A stretch of DNA of 64,000 nt from an uncultured Verrucomicrobiota bacterium (GCA_964654645.1 CAZZJO010000048.1:400-64399), one strand, 5' to 3'. Shown: positions 52,115 to 62,087, counted from the stretch's first letter. Translations and numbers: made by a program. Notes: generated from the letters alone by a model not told the origin.

Positions 52115-54280
52115 TTACTTGTTAACTTCCTCTGCTGGTTTGGAGGCGGAATCACTTGTGAGTATCTTACCCACCATTTCTACAAGCTTTTGCGAATCGA
52201 ATGGTTTTGGGAGAAAATTAGTTTCATTCAAAGTAGGCACTTCGCTAGCAACTACTCTTTGGCTATACCCGCTAATGTAAAGCACTTTTAGGTTGGGGTC
52301 TTTATCAGTTAACAATCTCGCCAGCTCGCCTCCGTGAACCCCGTTAGGTAGAACCACGTCGGTAACGAGTACTTTGATCTGACCGGGATACTGAGCCCAA
52401 ATTTCCAAAGCTTGATGCCCATCAGCAGCCTCTAAAACTTTGTATCCTGCATATTTTAAGGCCGTGCACGCAAGGTTTCTGACCTCTTCCTCGTCCTCAA
52501 CCACTAAAATCGTTTCGCCGCTTCCTGACGGAAGCGCGGAAGCTTGTTTATCCAGCTGGGGGGTAGCGGTAATCGTTACCTGCGATTTTCCCTCCCACAA
52601 AGGTAGTACGACTCTGAATGTGGACCCTTTGCCTACCTCGCTTGTAACCTCAATCCATCCGCGATGCTGCTGGACGATTCCATAAATGGCCGCAAGCCCT
52701 AAACCTGTGCCTTTCCCGCTATCCTTCGTAGTAAAGAATGGATCAAAGATTTTATCAAGCAACTCGGGCTTAATACCTACTCCCTTGTCTGTAACGCTAA
52801 ACCAAACGTATTTGCCGGGTTTAGCATCACGATTGCGTGAGACGACCGACTCATCTGCCTCCAAAACCCCGGTACGAATGCTTATAGGGCCGCCATCGGG
52901 CATTGCATCACGAGCATTCAAAACAAGATTCAGAAGAATCTGCTCAATACTAGCCTCATCCGCTCTAGCACAAGGTATATCTTCAGCAAAACTTACATCC
53001 AACACGTAACGTTCACCAATGGCCCTACACAAATTCTGCACGGAATTTCTAATCACCGCGTTCAGGTCAACCGGTTTAAATTGCAAGGGCTGTTTCCTGC
53101 CAAAAGCAAGCAATTGTTTGGTGAGGTTAGCTGCCCGCTGGCTTGCTTGGGCAATGCGTGTGGCTGATTCATGAATTATTTTGGGATCGTTTAACCCAGA
53201 GCATAACAACCCTGCATGCCCCTGAATCACCGTCAGCAGGTTGTTAAACTCGTGGGCTATCCCTGCGGCCAATCGTCCGATGGCTTCCATCTTGGTAGCT
53301 TGACGGAGCTGATCTTCTAGTTTCTTCTGTTCAGTGACGTCTTCTATGATCAGCAATACGCACGGTCCCGTAGCAAGTGTCACGGGTTCGACCCAAATCT
53401 TGCAAATTCGTTTTGACCCGTCTTTGCGTTGAATTTCATACAGGCGTCCCCGCACTTTTTGGAATTCGCTGAAGGAGGTCCATTGTTCGTTAGTTATCTT
53501 TAAATCTGTAGCGGTACGGTTAAGCAGTTCCTCAGCACTATATCCTACCAGTTCAAGGAAGCTTGGGTTCATGGCCACAAAGCGGCCATCCGAACAGGTC
53601 TGAATTGCCATGGGCATAGGATTGCCCATAAATGCCTTTGAGAACCGCTCTTCGGAAGCCTTTAATTGTTCTTCGGCCTTCCTACGCTCCTCAATTTCGC
53701 GCCTCAGCTGGGCATTAGCAGCTGCTAATTCACGCGTCCTCTCCTGGACCATTCGGTCAAGGTCTTCCAACCGTAGTTTAGCCTGACGTGCGAGCAACCA
53801 CTTTTGGGTGAGCGCATGGGCCATTTGCAAAACTTCAATCGTTTCAAACGGCTTCTTCAATATCAGCAGGTTATCCGTTTGTCCCAATCGAGCCATCAAA
53901 TCATCCCAAGAATAATCCGCATAGGCTGTGCAAATAACTGCCTGCATCTCGGGGCAACACTGCCAAATCCGTTCAAGTGTCTCGACACCATCCCATCCAG
54001 GTGGCATCCGCACGTCTACAAATGCCAACACATATGGATCATTTTCCTCACGCGCCTTTTGAACCAAATCTAACGCCTCTTTTCCCTGGAACGCCGAGTC
54101 TATCCTGAAGGTTGCTCTACTGGAACTTGGGGCCGATTCACCGAACAGTTCCCGTTCCAAAGCTCCCAATATAGCGGCCCCGCTTCCTTGCCCAGATAAT
54201 ATTTTCCTAAAATCCTCGTGAATTGCAGGATTATCGTCGACTATGAGAATCCTCGGTTGGAAAGGCTGCTCGTTCATCAT
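52115..54280 (-). CDS. Hybrid sensor histidine kinase (REC - coiled coil - PAS - HisKA - HATPase - REC)
   Basis: N-terminal REC: RILIVDDNPAIHEDF...FVDVRMPPGWDG. PAS: PMPMAIQTCSDGRFVAMNPSF. H-box: AAGIAHEFNNLLTVIQGH. HATPase: NLVLNARDAMP..GTGLGLA. C-terminal REC: TILVVEDEEEVRNL..LVTDVVLPNG. Its ATG overlaps the upstream kinase stop (4-nt overlap, 54277-54280). Confidence 0.88.
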   Translation of the reverse strand: MMNEQPFQPRILIVDDNPAIHEDFRKILSGQGSGAAILGALERELFGESAPSSSRATFRIDSAFQGKEALDLVQKAREENDPYVLAFVDVRMPPGWDGVETLERIWQCCPEMQAVICTAYADYSWDDLMARLGQTDNLLILKKPFETIEVLQMAHALTQKWLLARQAKLRLEDLDRMVQERTRELAAANAQLRREIEERRKAEEQLKASEERFSKAFMGNPMPMAIQTCSDGRFVAMNPSFLELVGYSAEELLNRTATDLKITNEQWTSFSEFQKVRGRLYEIQRKDGSKRICKIWVEPVTLATGPCVLLIIEDVTEQKKLEDQLRQATKMEAIGRLAAGIAHEFNNLLTVIQGHAGLLCSGLNDPKIIHESATRIAQASQRAANLTKQLLAFGRKQPLQFKPVDLNAVIRNSVQNLCRAIGERYVLDVSFAEDIPCARADEASIEQILLNLVLNARDAMPDGGPISIRTGVLEADESVVSRNRDAKPGKYVWFSVTDKGVGIKPELLDKIFDPFFTTKDSGKGTGLGLAAIYGIVQQHRGWIEVTSEVGKGSTFRVVLPLWEGKSQVTITATPQLDKQASALPSGSGETILVVEDEEEVRNLACTALKYAGYKVLEAADGHQALEIWAQYPGQIKVLVTDVVLPNGVHGGELARLLTDKDPNLKVLYISGYSQRVVASEVPTLNETNFLPKPFDSQKLVEMVGKILTSDSASKPAEEVNK

Positions 54281-57200
54281 CGTTTAGGCGGTTGCATTGG
54301 TAAAGTGAGTGTGAAGGTTGCACCTTTACCTGGGCCGTCGCTCCAAGCGACGAGTGTCCCACCCATATCACGGGCAGCCAAAGCACTGCTGTGCAACCCA
54401 AATCCGTGACCGTCTTTCTTGGTCGTAAACCCATGCGAGAATATCTTGGTCAAGTTCTCCGGCGGAATACCAATCCCGTTGTCGATCACTTGAATCTGGA
54501 CATTGTCACCTTCGACACGACGAACCCTAATTGTTAATAACCGTTCTGACTTCCCAGATTCCGACAACGCGTATTTCGCATTCCTAATCAAGTTGACTAG
54601 TATCTGTAACACCTTGTGTTTATCCACCAATATCTCTGGGATACCAGGTTCAATCTCTCGAACTACCTTCACATCGTGCCGTTGTAACGCGGCTTCATTG
54701 ACCCGCAACGCATCGTCTATTAATTGCGTGACGTCGATCTTTTCGATTACGCCTGCCACTTTGGCGTAATTTTGCTGCATAGCCACAATCTCCTTTATAT
54801 GATCGATATATTGGCGCAACCTTGCGAGTTCCTTCTGGATAAATTCCTTTTGTTCAGCAAATGTCCGAGCCACAGCCACAAGGTACTCGGGGATACGTCT
54901 GCCTTTCGGATCAGATGCAAAAAACTCATCCAATCGACCCATGTTTTGAGATATCAGTTCTGGTATTCGCGCCAGGTTAGATAAATCCATTTGCTGAACA
55001 CGTTCGGCCACTAATGCACACGAAATGTTTACACTGGTTAAAACATTGCCGACATTGTGCAACACGTCGGTCGCTACTTCGGCCATTCCCGCCCATCTCG
55101 AAGCCTCAACTAGTTGCTTATGGACCTTTTCCAACTCTTGTTCGGCCTCCTTAAGCCTAGTGATATCCTTCGAAATTCCAACAATACCGATAATATTCCC
55201 ATCTGCATCTCGCCATGGAACCTTCGTAGTTATACTCCAGGTCACCGAACCATCGGGATGCTCTTGCTTCTCAACCTTTCCAATTATTGGTTCTCCTGTA
55301 GCAATAATCCTTTGCTCATCCTCGTAAGCGGCGCGAGCTGATTCCTCATCTATGAGATCGAAATCAGTCAAACCAACTAAAATACCCGGCACGTAAGGTG
55401 GTTCTTGGTCTGGTGGTGTATTCGTACGCTGGGCTGCCAGTGCTCGCACTTTAGGACATCTTCTGATTTCCTTCTCTTCTTTCGACCGCGAAACGCGGAC
55501 GAATCTTGACTCCCGATCCTTAAAGTAAATGCTATCTGGCACGTTATCCAACAACGTTCGCAGAAGCTGTTCTTCGTAGGCAAGCCGTTGTTGCAGTAAT
55601 ACCAACTCAGTGCAATCACGCGAAATCCCAAACGTCCCTACAATATTGCCGTTCTTGTCATACCAAGGCAGCTTCGACGTCAAACACCAAGTAACTCGTC
55701 CGTCCTTGTGCGTTTCTTTTTCAAGTTTGCCAATAATTGGCTGTCCAGTCTGGATTATACGCTGCTCATCTTCGTAAGCCTGCCTTGCATGTTCCTCTGT
55801 GAAAAAGTCAAAGTCAGTTTTTCCCCTCAATTCATCAGGATGTTTAACGTTAAAGTGCTTCAAAAATGCTTTGCTGTAGTACACAAATCGCGATTCTCGG
55901 TCTTTGAAATAAATTGCGTCAGGCATATGCTCCAACATTGTCTGTAATAGGCTCCCCATTTCCTCCATTTTTTGCTCGCGTTTCTTGTGTTCAGTGATGT
56001 CGGTGTAAGTACCCAAAATACCAATTACACGCCCATCCTGATTCCGGAGTGGCACCTTGCTTGTAAGCAAATAAGCGCGCGTGCCATCTGGCCTAGTCTG
56101 TTCCTCCTCATATTCCAACTTTGCACGCCCAGTCTCAATAACCTCCCTATCATCCGCCACATATCTGTCCGCATCTTTTCTCCATTCCAAGTCATAGTCG
56201 GTCTTGCCCACAACTTCCTCAGGCGAAGAAAGTCCTGCATCCTTTGCAAAAGCAAGGTTACATCCCAAGTATCGACCGTTTAAGTCCTTCCAAAACACTC
56301 TCTGGGGGATGGTGTTGAGGATCGTCTGAAGCATTTGGCGCGTCTCAGCCAGTTCCCGGGTACGAATGTTAACACGTCGCTGTAAAGTCACACCCCACAA
56401 CGCAGAAACACACGCACCAATAGCAATAACTGCTAACACAGTAAGCACACGGCGCGTAGTCAGTAAGGGCCCTGCTGATATCACCCGGACGTGACGAGTG
56501 TCCGGTACATGAAGGGCAAACGATATCGGAGAACGGTCTTCATCAGTTGTCAGGATATATACCCCGGTAACTTCTACTTGGGAGGGGGTCTTCCATCGCA
56601 CCTGGGGGTTGAGAACATGCACAGTAGCAACGATCGGCAAATTCCCCACCTGCAATTGAAGTTCGGGTGCGTCAGCTCTAAAGGTTTGACCTAATGCTGT
56701 TGCTGAAAGCTTAACCAACCGAAAATTCCACTCCGGTACCAAAAGGTTAGTCTGGCTTGTATCAATTTGCATTGGAACGGGCAACTTCCCCTCCCCCAAA
56801 ACCTTAAACACCGGCTCACGAATGCCCCTACCCAAGGTCCAAGTAAGCGAAGTGGGATATCCCGCAACCTTGACCCGCTGGCCTACCGCTAACCCATCCG
56901 TAGAGTCTGTGTAAACCTGTACCCCACTGGTATCGTCTTGAAGTATAAACCACGAATTGGATCTAATACACGTGATTACTCCCTCGAAACACACACGGCG
57001 TTGTAATCCTTGTTGAGACCTAAACTCATGAAGCCGGGCTATGGGTTGAACAGGCAAAGAAAGTGGGTCGCCCGGAGAAGGTTCTAACACTTTAACAAAT
57101 TCAGGCGAGGAAACGTTGACCCGCAATTCAAGGAATCGTCGATCTCTCCCCCTGGAAGCAGTCACACCCTGAACCTGCACAACAGCATCCAATAGGTTTG

Positions 57201-58170
57201 TCATGGGGGTCTCAGTCTTAATCAGACAGCGAATCCGGCCACTCATATCTGCTAACCATATTACAGTTCCATCTTTGGTGTGAGTTGCAGATTGAACGAC
57301 GCCGGTGATTTCCACCCACTGACTGCCTTCTTGAGCTGCAAGTAGCTGGTTTATTGTTGTCTTCTTTGGTTCAGGTAATGGCGCCTTTCCTAAAACCTTA
57401 ATATCCGTAGCCCTAATCACTGGCGCATAAGTACCTGGATCACTTACCCCAATCACCTCAACCTTATCGCCTACATTTAAGGTAGGTTCTGGTTCAGGGG
57501 GAAAAACAAAAATCCCTGAAATGTCATCATGGATCACCAACCGTCGCTTGGGTTCATAGTAAATCACCACCCCTGTCAGGTGCACTGGGTAGCCCCAAGC
57601 TGCTTTCTCAGGCGTTAAATCACGGACTTGCCAAGCCTTGGTCAAAACTGGAAGTTCTTTCGGTTTGGATTGATCTATTTGAGCAGTCTTTTCCCCTTCA
57701 GATGACACAGGAACATAACTGGCATCTCGAATCACTATTTTGGCACCATCCCAGACTAATCGTCCTGTGACTTCGTAAATTTCCCCCGGCTTTGCTAATC
57801 GATTTAACCCTGGTTCAACTCGAACCGATCCACTCTCGTCTTTGAGAACTGAAAATATGCCAACTTCCTGCTGTATTATCTGACCCCGGACACGTACCCA
57901 AGTGGGTGATGTAGCATCCTGGGGCCTTAACTCTCGGATAGCTGTTATAGGCCTCGCTTGGCCCTGCTCCCCTGAGCTCACTTGGGCTACCCCCACACAT
58001 ACCCAACCAACGACAAAGACAAGACTAAATAAACCGACCGTAGCCGCTATAACTTTCTCTATGGTATTCATGACACTATGGCAATATGTCTTACCATTCA
58101 TACGTCTTTTCCCGACCCATTGATACGGCATTTGCCGCAAACCTAAACAGCATTTAGCACATGTCTTCAA
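54277..58170 (-). CDS. Large sensor histidine kinase: TM - five OB-fold-like extracytoplasmic modules - TM - 3 PAS - HisKA/HATPase
   Basis: Three PAS units: ILNTIPQRVFWKDLNGRYLGCN, MLEHMPDAIYFKDRESRFVYYS, LLDNVPDSIYFKDRESRFVRVS. H-box region: MAEVATDVLHNVGNVLTSV. HATPase: QILVNLIRNAKYA..DNGIGIP..GHGFGLH. The track start is TTG 58170. In-frame ATGs at 58131, 58101 and 58071 (MNTIEKVIAATVGLFSLVFVVGW) are alternatives. Confidence 0.88.
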   Translation of the reverse strand: MKTCAKCCLGLRQMPYQWVGKRRMNGKTYCHSVMNTIEKVIAATVGLFSLVFVVGWVCVGVAQVSSGEQGQARPITAIRELRPQDATSPTWVRVRGQIIQQEVGIFSVLKDESGSVRVEPGLNRLAKPGEIYEVTGRLVWDGAKIVIRDASYVPVSSEGEKTAQIDQSKPKELPVLTKAWQVRDLTPEKAAWGYPVHLTGVVIYYEPKRRLVIHDDISGIFVFPPEPEPTLNVGDKVEVIGVSDPGTYAPVIRATDIKVLGKAPLPEPKKTTINQLLAAQEGSQWVEITGVVQSATHTKDGTVIWLADMSGRIRCLIKTETPMTNLLDAVVQVQGVTASRGRDRRFLELRVNVSSPEFVKVLEPSPGDPLSLPVQPIARLHEFRSQQGLQRRVCFEGVITCIRSNSWFILQDDTSGVQVYTDSTDGLAVGQRVKVAGYPTSLTWTLGRGIREPVFKVLGEGKLPVPMQIDTSQTNLLVPEWNFRLVKLSATALGQTFRADAPELQLQVGNLPIVATVHVLNPQVRWKTPSQVEVTGVYILTTDEDRSPISFALHVPDTRHVRVISAGPLLTTRRVLTVLAVIAIGACVSALWGVTLQRRVNIRTRELAETRQMLQTILNTIPQRVFWKDLNGRYLGCNLAFAKDAGLSSPEEVVGKTDYDLEWRKDADRYVADDREVIETGRAKLEYEEEQTRPDGTRAYLLTSKVPLRNQDGRVIGILGTYTDITEHKKREQKMEEMGSLLQTMLEHMPDAIYFKDRESRFVYYSKAFLKHFNVKHPDELRGKTDFDFFTEEHARQAYEDEQRIIQTGQPIIGKLEKETHKDGRVTWCLTSKLPWYDKNGNIVGTFGISRDCTELVLLQQRLAYEEQLLRTLLDNVPDSIYFKDRESRFVRVSRSKEEKEIRRCPKVRALAAQRTNTPPDQEPPYVPGILVGLTDFDLIDEESARAAYEDEQRIIATGEPIIGKVEKQEHPDGSVTWSITTKVPWRDADGNIIGIVGISKDITRLKEAEQELEKVHKQLVEASRWAGMAEVATDVLHNVGNVLTSVNISCALVAERVQQMDLSNLARIPELISQNMGRLDEFFASDPKGRRIPEYLVAVARTFAEQKEFIQKELARLRQYIDHIKEIVAMQQNYAKVAGVIEKIDVTQLIDDALRVNEAALQRHDVKVVREIEPGIPEILVDKHKVLQILVNLIRNAKYALSESGKSERLLTIRVRRVEGDNVQIQVIDNGIGIPPENLTKIFSHGFTTKKDGHGFGLHSSALAARDMGGTLVAWSDGPGKGATFTLTLPMQPPKR

Positions 58171-58335
58171 TCGCTTACAATTAAAGCACTACCCATTCCA
58201 CCTCCTTTTATTACGGAAGCAAAGTACGTAATTTTACGTATCCATAAATAAGCGAGTTGTCGTAATATGTCTAGGAATTTTCTCCGAAGAATCCGTCTGG
58301 CGTCTTAACACCCGGTTTGCAACATTGCCCTCTGT

Positions 58336-59589
58336 TTATGAGCATTTGCAGAGTACTGACCATAAAAGCTCCAGTGTACGTTGGCTCACCCATTGCTTAA
58401 ATAGCCTACGTTCCAGGGGACTATACAATTTCTGGACGTGTCCAAAACCCGGTGTCGCTATCCCGACAAACACGGTCCCAACCGGTTTATCTTCCCTACC
58501 TCCACCAGGACCTGCTATCCCAGTTACTGAAACCCCAAAATCCGAACTCGTGATTTGTTTAACTCCGTAAGCCATTTGTTCAGCGGTCTTTGCACTAACC
58601 GCCCCAAACTGACTGAGGATCTCTCGGGAAACTCCTAGTAACTGCATTTTGAGTTGGTTCGAATATGCAATCACTCCCCCCACAAATATTTGTGAGGCGC
58701 CAGGTACATTCGTGATTCGATGGGCTATAACTCCTCCACTACAGGACTCCGCAATAGCAAGTGTCTGGTTCCGTTCAGCTAAGGTTCGGACGATTGCCTC
58801 TTCTACGGATATCACTCCAAGAGGCAATAAAGACACCCCATAATCAGCAAGGGCGTGGTAAACTTCATCGAGCATCTCCACTACAACACTTGCTGGTTTG
58901 CCGAACAAAACTAACCTATCACCTGTTAAGCCCGTAGAAATTTGTAATCTCAGACCTCGTGCCTTAAAAGCTTCACAGACTTTGTGAATCACATCCGCTT
59001 GCTCCTCTGTCACCGGAGTGCCAAACGCAATAATTCTCACCCCTAAACCCGAGTCCGAGGTTAGCCTATTTCCCAACCACTCCTTTATCAACTCAATCAA
59101 CAACTCCACATAGTAAGGTATCTCAATGCCGATAAACACCCATTTTCCATTTTCCCCTGGCTGTCCTTGGGCATTCATGGGGATCTTCACTCCCACTGGC
59201 ACATTTTGCAAATCGCAAACAAGTACTACTCCATCCTCAAGTTCATGGAGTGCCACTCCACCTGTTGCTGTATCAGCCGACACCTTAAATTGGAGCTCAC
59301 ACAATCGTTGGCATGCACCCGGAACTAATAAGCCGCCTTGCCCCATCATCTCAATGGCATTTACCAATCTATTGTATCCCGGCGGGATAAAAATGATCAC
59401 CGACCTAGCTGTTTCCGCAAGGTCCTGAAACAAAGGTACTAATTTCGATTCCTCTTCCAGTGCTGAGACTTCATGTAAACTAACTTTATACCCAAGCTCT
59501 GAACAAACAGCAGATACTCGGTCGACAAGAGAAAATCCGAGATCGTATGGATTCCACCACTGACTCAACCTTACAATTGCTATGTCCAT
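58336..59589 (-). CDS. cinA: CinA-family protein: conserved C-terminal PncC (NMN deamidase) domain, divergent N-terminal domain
   Basis: The C-terminus matches the CinA/PncC domain: LAIAESCSGGVIAHRITNVPGASQIFVGGVIAYSNQLKMQLLGV...SVTGIAGPGGGREDKPVGTVFVG. The N-terminal 170 aa keep the CinA-like layout, but the GGLGPT motif is replaced by IPPGYN. 417 aa. Confidence 0.75.
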   Translation of the reverse strand: MDIAIVRLSQWWNPYDLGFSLVDRVSAVCSELGYKVSLHEVSALEEESKLVPLFQDLAETARSVIIFIPPGYNRLVNAIEMMGQGGLLVPGACQRLCELQFKVSADTATGGVALHELEDGVVLVCDLQNVPVGVKIPMNAQGQPGENGKWVFIGIEIPYYVELLIELIKEWLGNRLTSDSGLGVRIIAFGTPVTEEQADVIHKVCEAFKARGLRLQISTGLTGDRLVLFGKPASVVVEMLDEVYHALADYGVSLLPLGVISVEEAIVRTLAERNQTLAIAESCSGGVIAHRITNVPGASQIFVGGVIAYSNQLKMQLLGVSREILSQFGAVSAKTAEQMAYGVKQITSSDFGVSVTGIAGPGGGREDKPVGTVFVGIATPGFGHVQKLYSPLERRLFKQWVSQRTLELLWSVLCKCS

Positions 59590-59608
59590 AGTAACACTCT
59601 AAGTATTC

Positions 59609-60439
59609 TTATCGCGCTTTGCTACGGCTTACAAACCGCACTTCCGCTGCAAACTTACCAGCCAACCAACTTTTACCGTCATCATCGATACAACAGTAAA
59701 TCCCAGCTGCAACTGTATTATTGCTCAGTGGACCAAACTCCATAACTAACGCAAATGGAGCAGTAATAGTCTGCCGCCTGCCTTGTACGGCTTCGCGCCC
59801 ACGTATTATGAGTTTAGGCGCGTTGCTGGCACCTGGACCGAACACAAACTTTTTACCAATCAACTCAGCAGGCATAACCGACCTAAATTCCACTGTCAGC
59901 CCTAGTTCTGGTGACGAGGCCCCGCCATGCCGCAAGTGCAAAATGTTGCTTTGTAAAATCGCACGGTCGCAAACAAACTGTCGTCCCGCAAGCACCCCTG
60001 AAACGCGCTGATCCGGTATTTCCATCTTGCCCAAATCCAAAGTCCAACCCGGGTATTGGTCTTTCTCTGAGCCACAACCCTCCTTTATATTTCCCGAGTC
60101 CCTATTCGTACTTGGCTTTGTAGCGCGGAATAAAAAATTAATTGCCAAACCAACAATCAACCCCACCAAAATGAAAAAGCCTATTGCAATGGTAACCCTT
60201 CTCAATAAAGGTCTCCCTGCAAAAACCTGAGGTTGGTTTTCGGGAACTCTTTCGCTACCGACAGGACGTTGTTTAAACTCACTTGCGGTTAAAATGAACT
60301 TTTGATCTCCGCTAGCTGGTGGGTTTGGAATAATCAAAACATGAAAACAACCAGGGCAGTTTACATGGGCACCAGCCTGGGTTTCGTCGGCAGCCAAATG
60401 CTGCCCACATACAGGACATGCAAAAGTAAACTCTCTCAT
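59609..60439 (-). CDS. Zinc-ribbon / single-TM membrane protein, unknown function
   Basis: N-terminal CxxC...CxxC ribbon: FACPVCGQHLAADETQAGAHVNCPGCFHVL. One TM helix: VTIAIGFFILVGLIVGLAINFLF. An extracytoplasmic domain of about 170 aa has no motif I can name. Confidence 0.5.
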   Translation of the reverse strand: MREFTFACPVCGQHLAADETQAGAHVNCPGCFHVLIIPNPPASGDQKFILTASEFKQRPVGSERVPENQPQVFAGRPLLRRVTIAIGFFILVGLIVGLAINFLFRATKPSTNRDSGNIKEGCGSEKDQYPGWTLDLGKMEIPDQRVSGVLAGRQFVCDRAILQSNILHLRHGGASSPELGLTVEFRSVMPAELIGKKFVFGPGASNAPKLIIRGREAVQGRRQTITAPFALVMEFGPLSNNTVAAGIYCCIDDDGKSWLAGKFAAEVRFVSRSKAR

Positions 60440-60638
60440 TTGATTCGGAATCCCGCTCTATTGTGCCCCGCAAATTTTAAAATACACCAAAACACGGCCT
60501 GAAAAAACCAAAAACACGCATTTGCGCGGGATTATAAAGCCTATCATCAGTACCCTTAGGACCACTAGACAATATACATTTTTTACCTGACTTGGATTGC
60601 ATTCCAGGCCAAATTCCGGCTCAATACGTAGGGTGCGC

Positions 60639-62087
60639 ATGAATTCATCTAGACCAATTTCACGAAGCGGACGGTTCCTGACTGGGCCCGCCCCGGAGAT
60701 GACTAAATTCTCCGAATCGGTGTCGTTCGATTATCGTTTATGGAAACATGATATTCTGGGCTCTATTGCCCATGCCAAGATGCTTCGGAAAATCGGCCTG
60801 CTCACACAAAATGAGCTGGACGAAATTGTTTCAGGGCTAACAAAGATTGCACAACGGATACAATCGGGCGACTTCCAATGGGACATCAATCTCGAAGATG
60901 TCCATATGAATATTGAATCGGCACTTGTGAATTTAACCCCGGCCGGCGCCAAACTTCACACTGGTCGATCCCGGAACGATCAAGTGGCTCTAGACACCCG
61001 AATGTGGCTTAGGGAACAACTCGTGGAGATAGACCAGTTGCTTGCAAATCTTCAACAGGCACTGCTTGATCTGGGCAAGCGGCACATCCACGTCTTAATC
61101 CCCGGTTACACCCATTTGCAACGTGCTCAGCCGGTGTATCTAGCTCACCATTTGATTGCATATGTCGAGATGTTTCACCGAGACCGGGAACGCATGGCAT
61201 GCTGTTTCAATCGCACAAACATATGCCCGCTCGGCAGTGGCGCACTAGCCGGATCCACATTGCCACTTGACCGAAAGTACGTAGCCACGCAACTAGGATT
61301 TGTGGATCAACGGGGTCGCCCACGCATAGCTTCCAATTCAATGGACGCCGTGAGCGATAGAGACTTTGCAATGGAATTTTGTGCTGCGGCAGCAATCCTA
61401 GGCATTCATCTTTCCAGGCTTTCAGAAGACCTCATCCTTTGGAGTTCAAATGAGTTCGGGTTTATCACAATTGACGACGCCTACACTACGGGCTCGTCCC
61501 TAATGCCACAAAAAAGAAACCCGGACGCAGCGGAACTAATCCGAGGCAAAACGGGCCGCCTAATTGGTAATCTCACTGCCTTGTTAACCCTCATGAAGGG
61601 CTTGCCAATGACCTACAACAGGGACATGCAAGAAGATAAACCGCCCCTGTTTGACACAGTAGATACGGTGCGTGCTTGTCTTCAGATTATGGCAGCGATG
61701 CTAGCTCACACATCGGTTAACCACGCCGCTTGCCAAAAAGCCGCTTCAGACCCAGCATTACTTGCCACCGACCTAGTTGATCACCTGGTCCTGAAAGGCG
61801 TGCCATTCCGCCGCGCTCATCACTTAGTGGGCGCCTTAGTTGCTCAAGCAGAAAAGCTTGGGAAACCGATTTCAAAACTCACCCATGAGGAATTGCAGCA
61901 AATCGATCCGTTACTTGAACCTGACTGTTTAAAAGTGTTTGATCTCCTATCAGCTATGAAGAAACGACGTGTGCAAGGCGCACCCTCGCCAGCATACGTC
62001 CGAGCTGCACTTCGTCAATGGCAAAAACGCATCCACGAAAAAAAGATTAAACTACCTCCTGGCCCATATCTCAAATGGCTATCGTAA
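60639..62087 (+). CDS. argH: Argininosuccinate lyase
   Basis: SGRF...DYRLWKHDILGSIAHAKML, TGRSRNDQV, PGYTHLQRAQP, and the fumarate-lyase signature GSSLMPQKRNPD. Start placed at ATG 60639; the track start at 60597 adds 14 aa. Confidence 0.95.
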   Translation: MNSSRPISRSGRFLTGPAPEMTKFSESVSFDYRLWKHDILGSIAHAKMLRKIGLLTQNELDEIVSGLTKIAQRIQSGDFQWDINLEDVHMNIESALVNLTPAGAKLHTGRSRNDQVALDTRMWLREQLVEIDQLLANLQQALLDLGKRHIHVLIPGYTHLQRAQPVYLAHHLIAYVEMFHRDRERMACCFNRTNICPLGSGALAGSTLPLDRKYVATQLGFVDQRGRPRIASNSMDAVSDRDFAMEFCAAAAILGIHLSRLSEDLILWSSNEFGFITIDDAYTTGSSLMPQKRNPDAAELIRGKTGRLIGNLTALLTLMKGLPMTYNRDMQEDKPPLFDTVDTVRACLQIMAAMLAHTSVNHAACQKAASDPALLATDLVDHLVLKGVPFRRAHHLVGALVAQAEKLGKPISKLTHEELQQIDPLLEPDCLKVFDLLSAMKKRRVQGAPSPAYVRAALRQWQKRIHEKKIKLPPGPYLKWLS

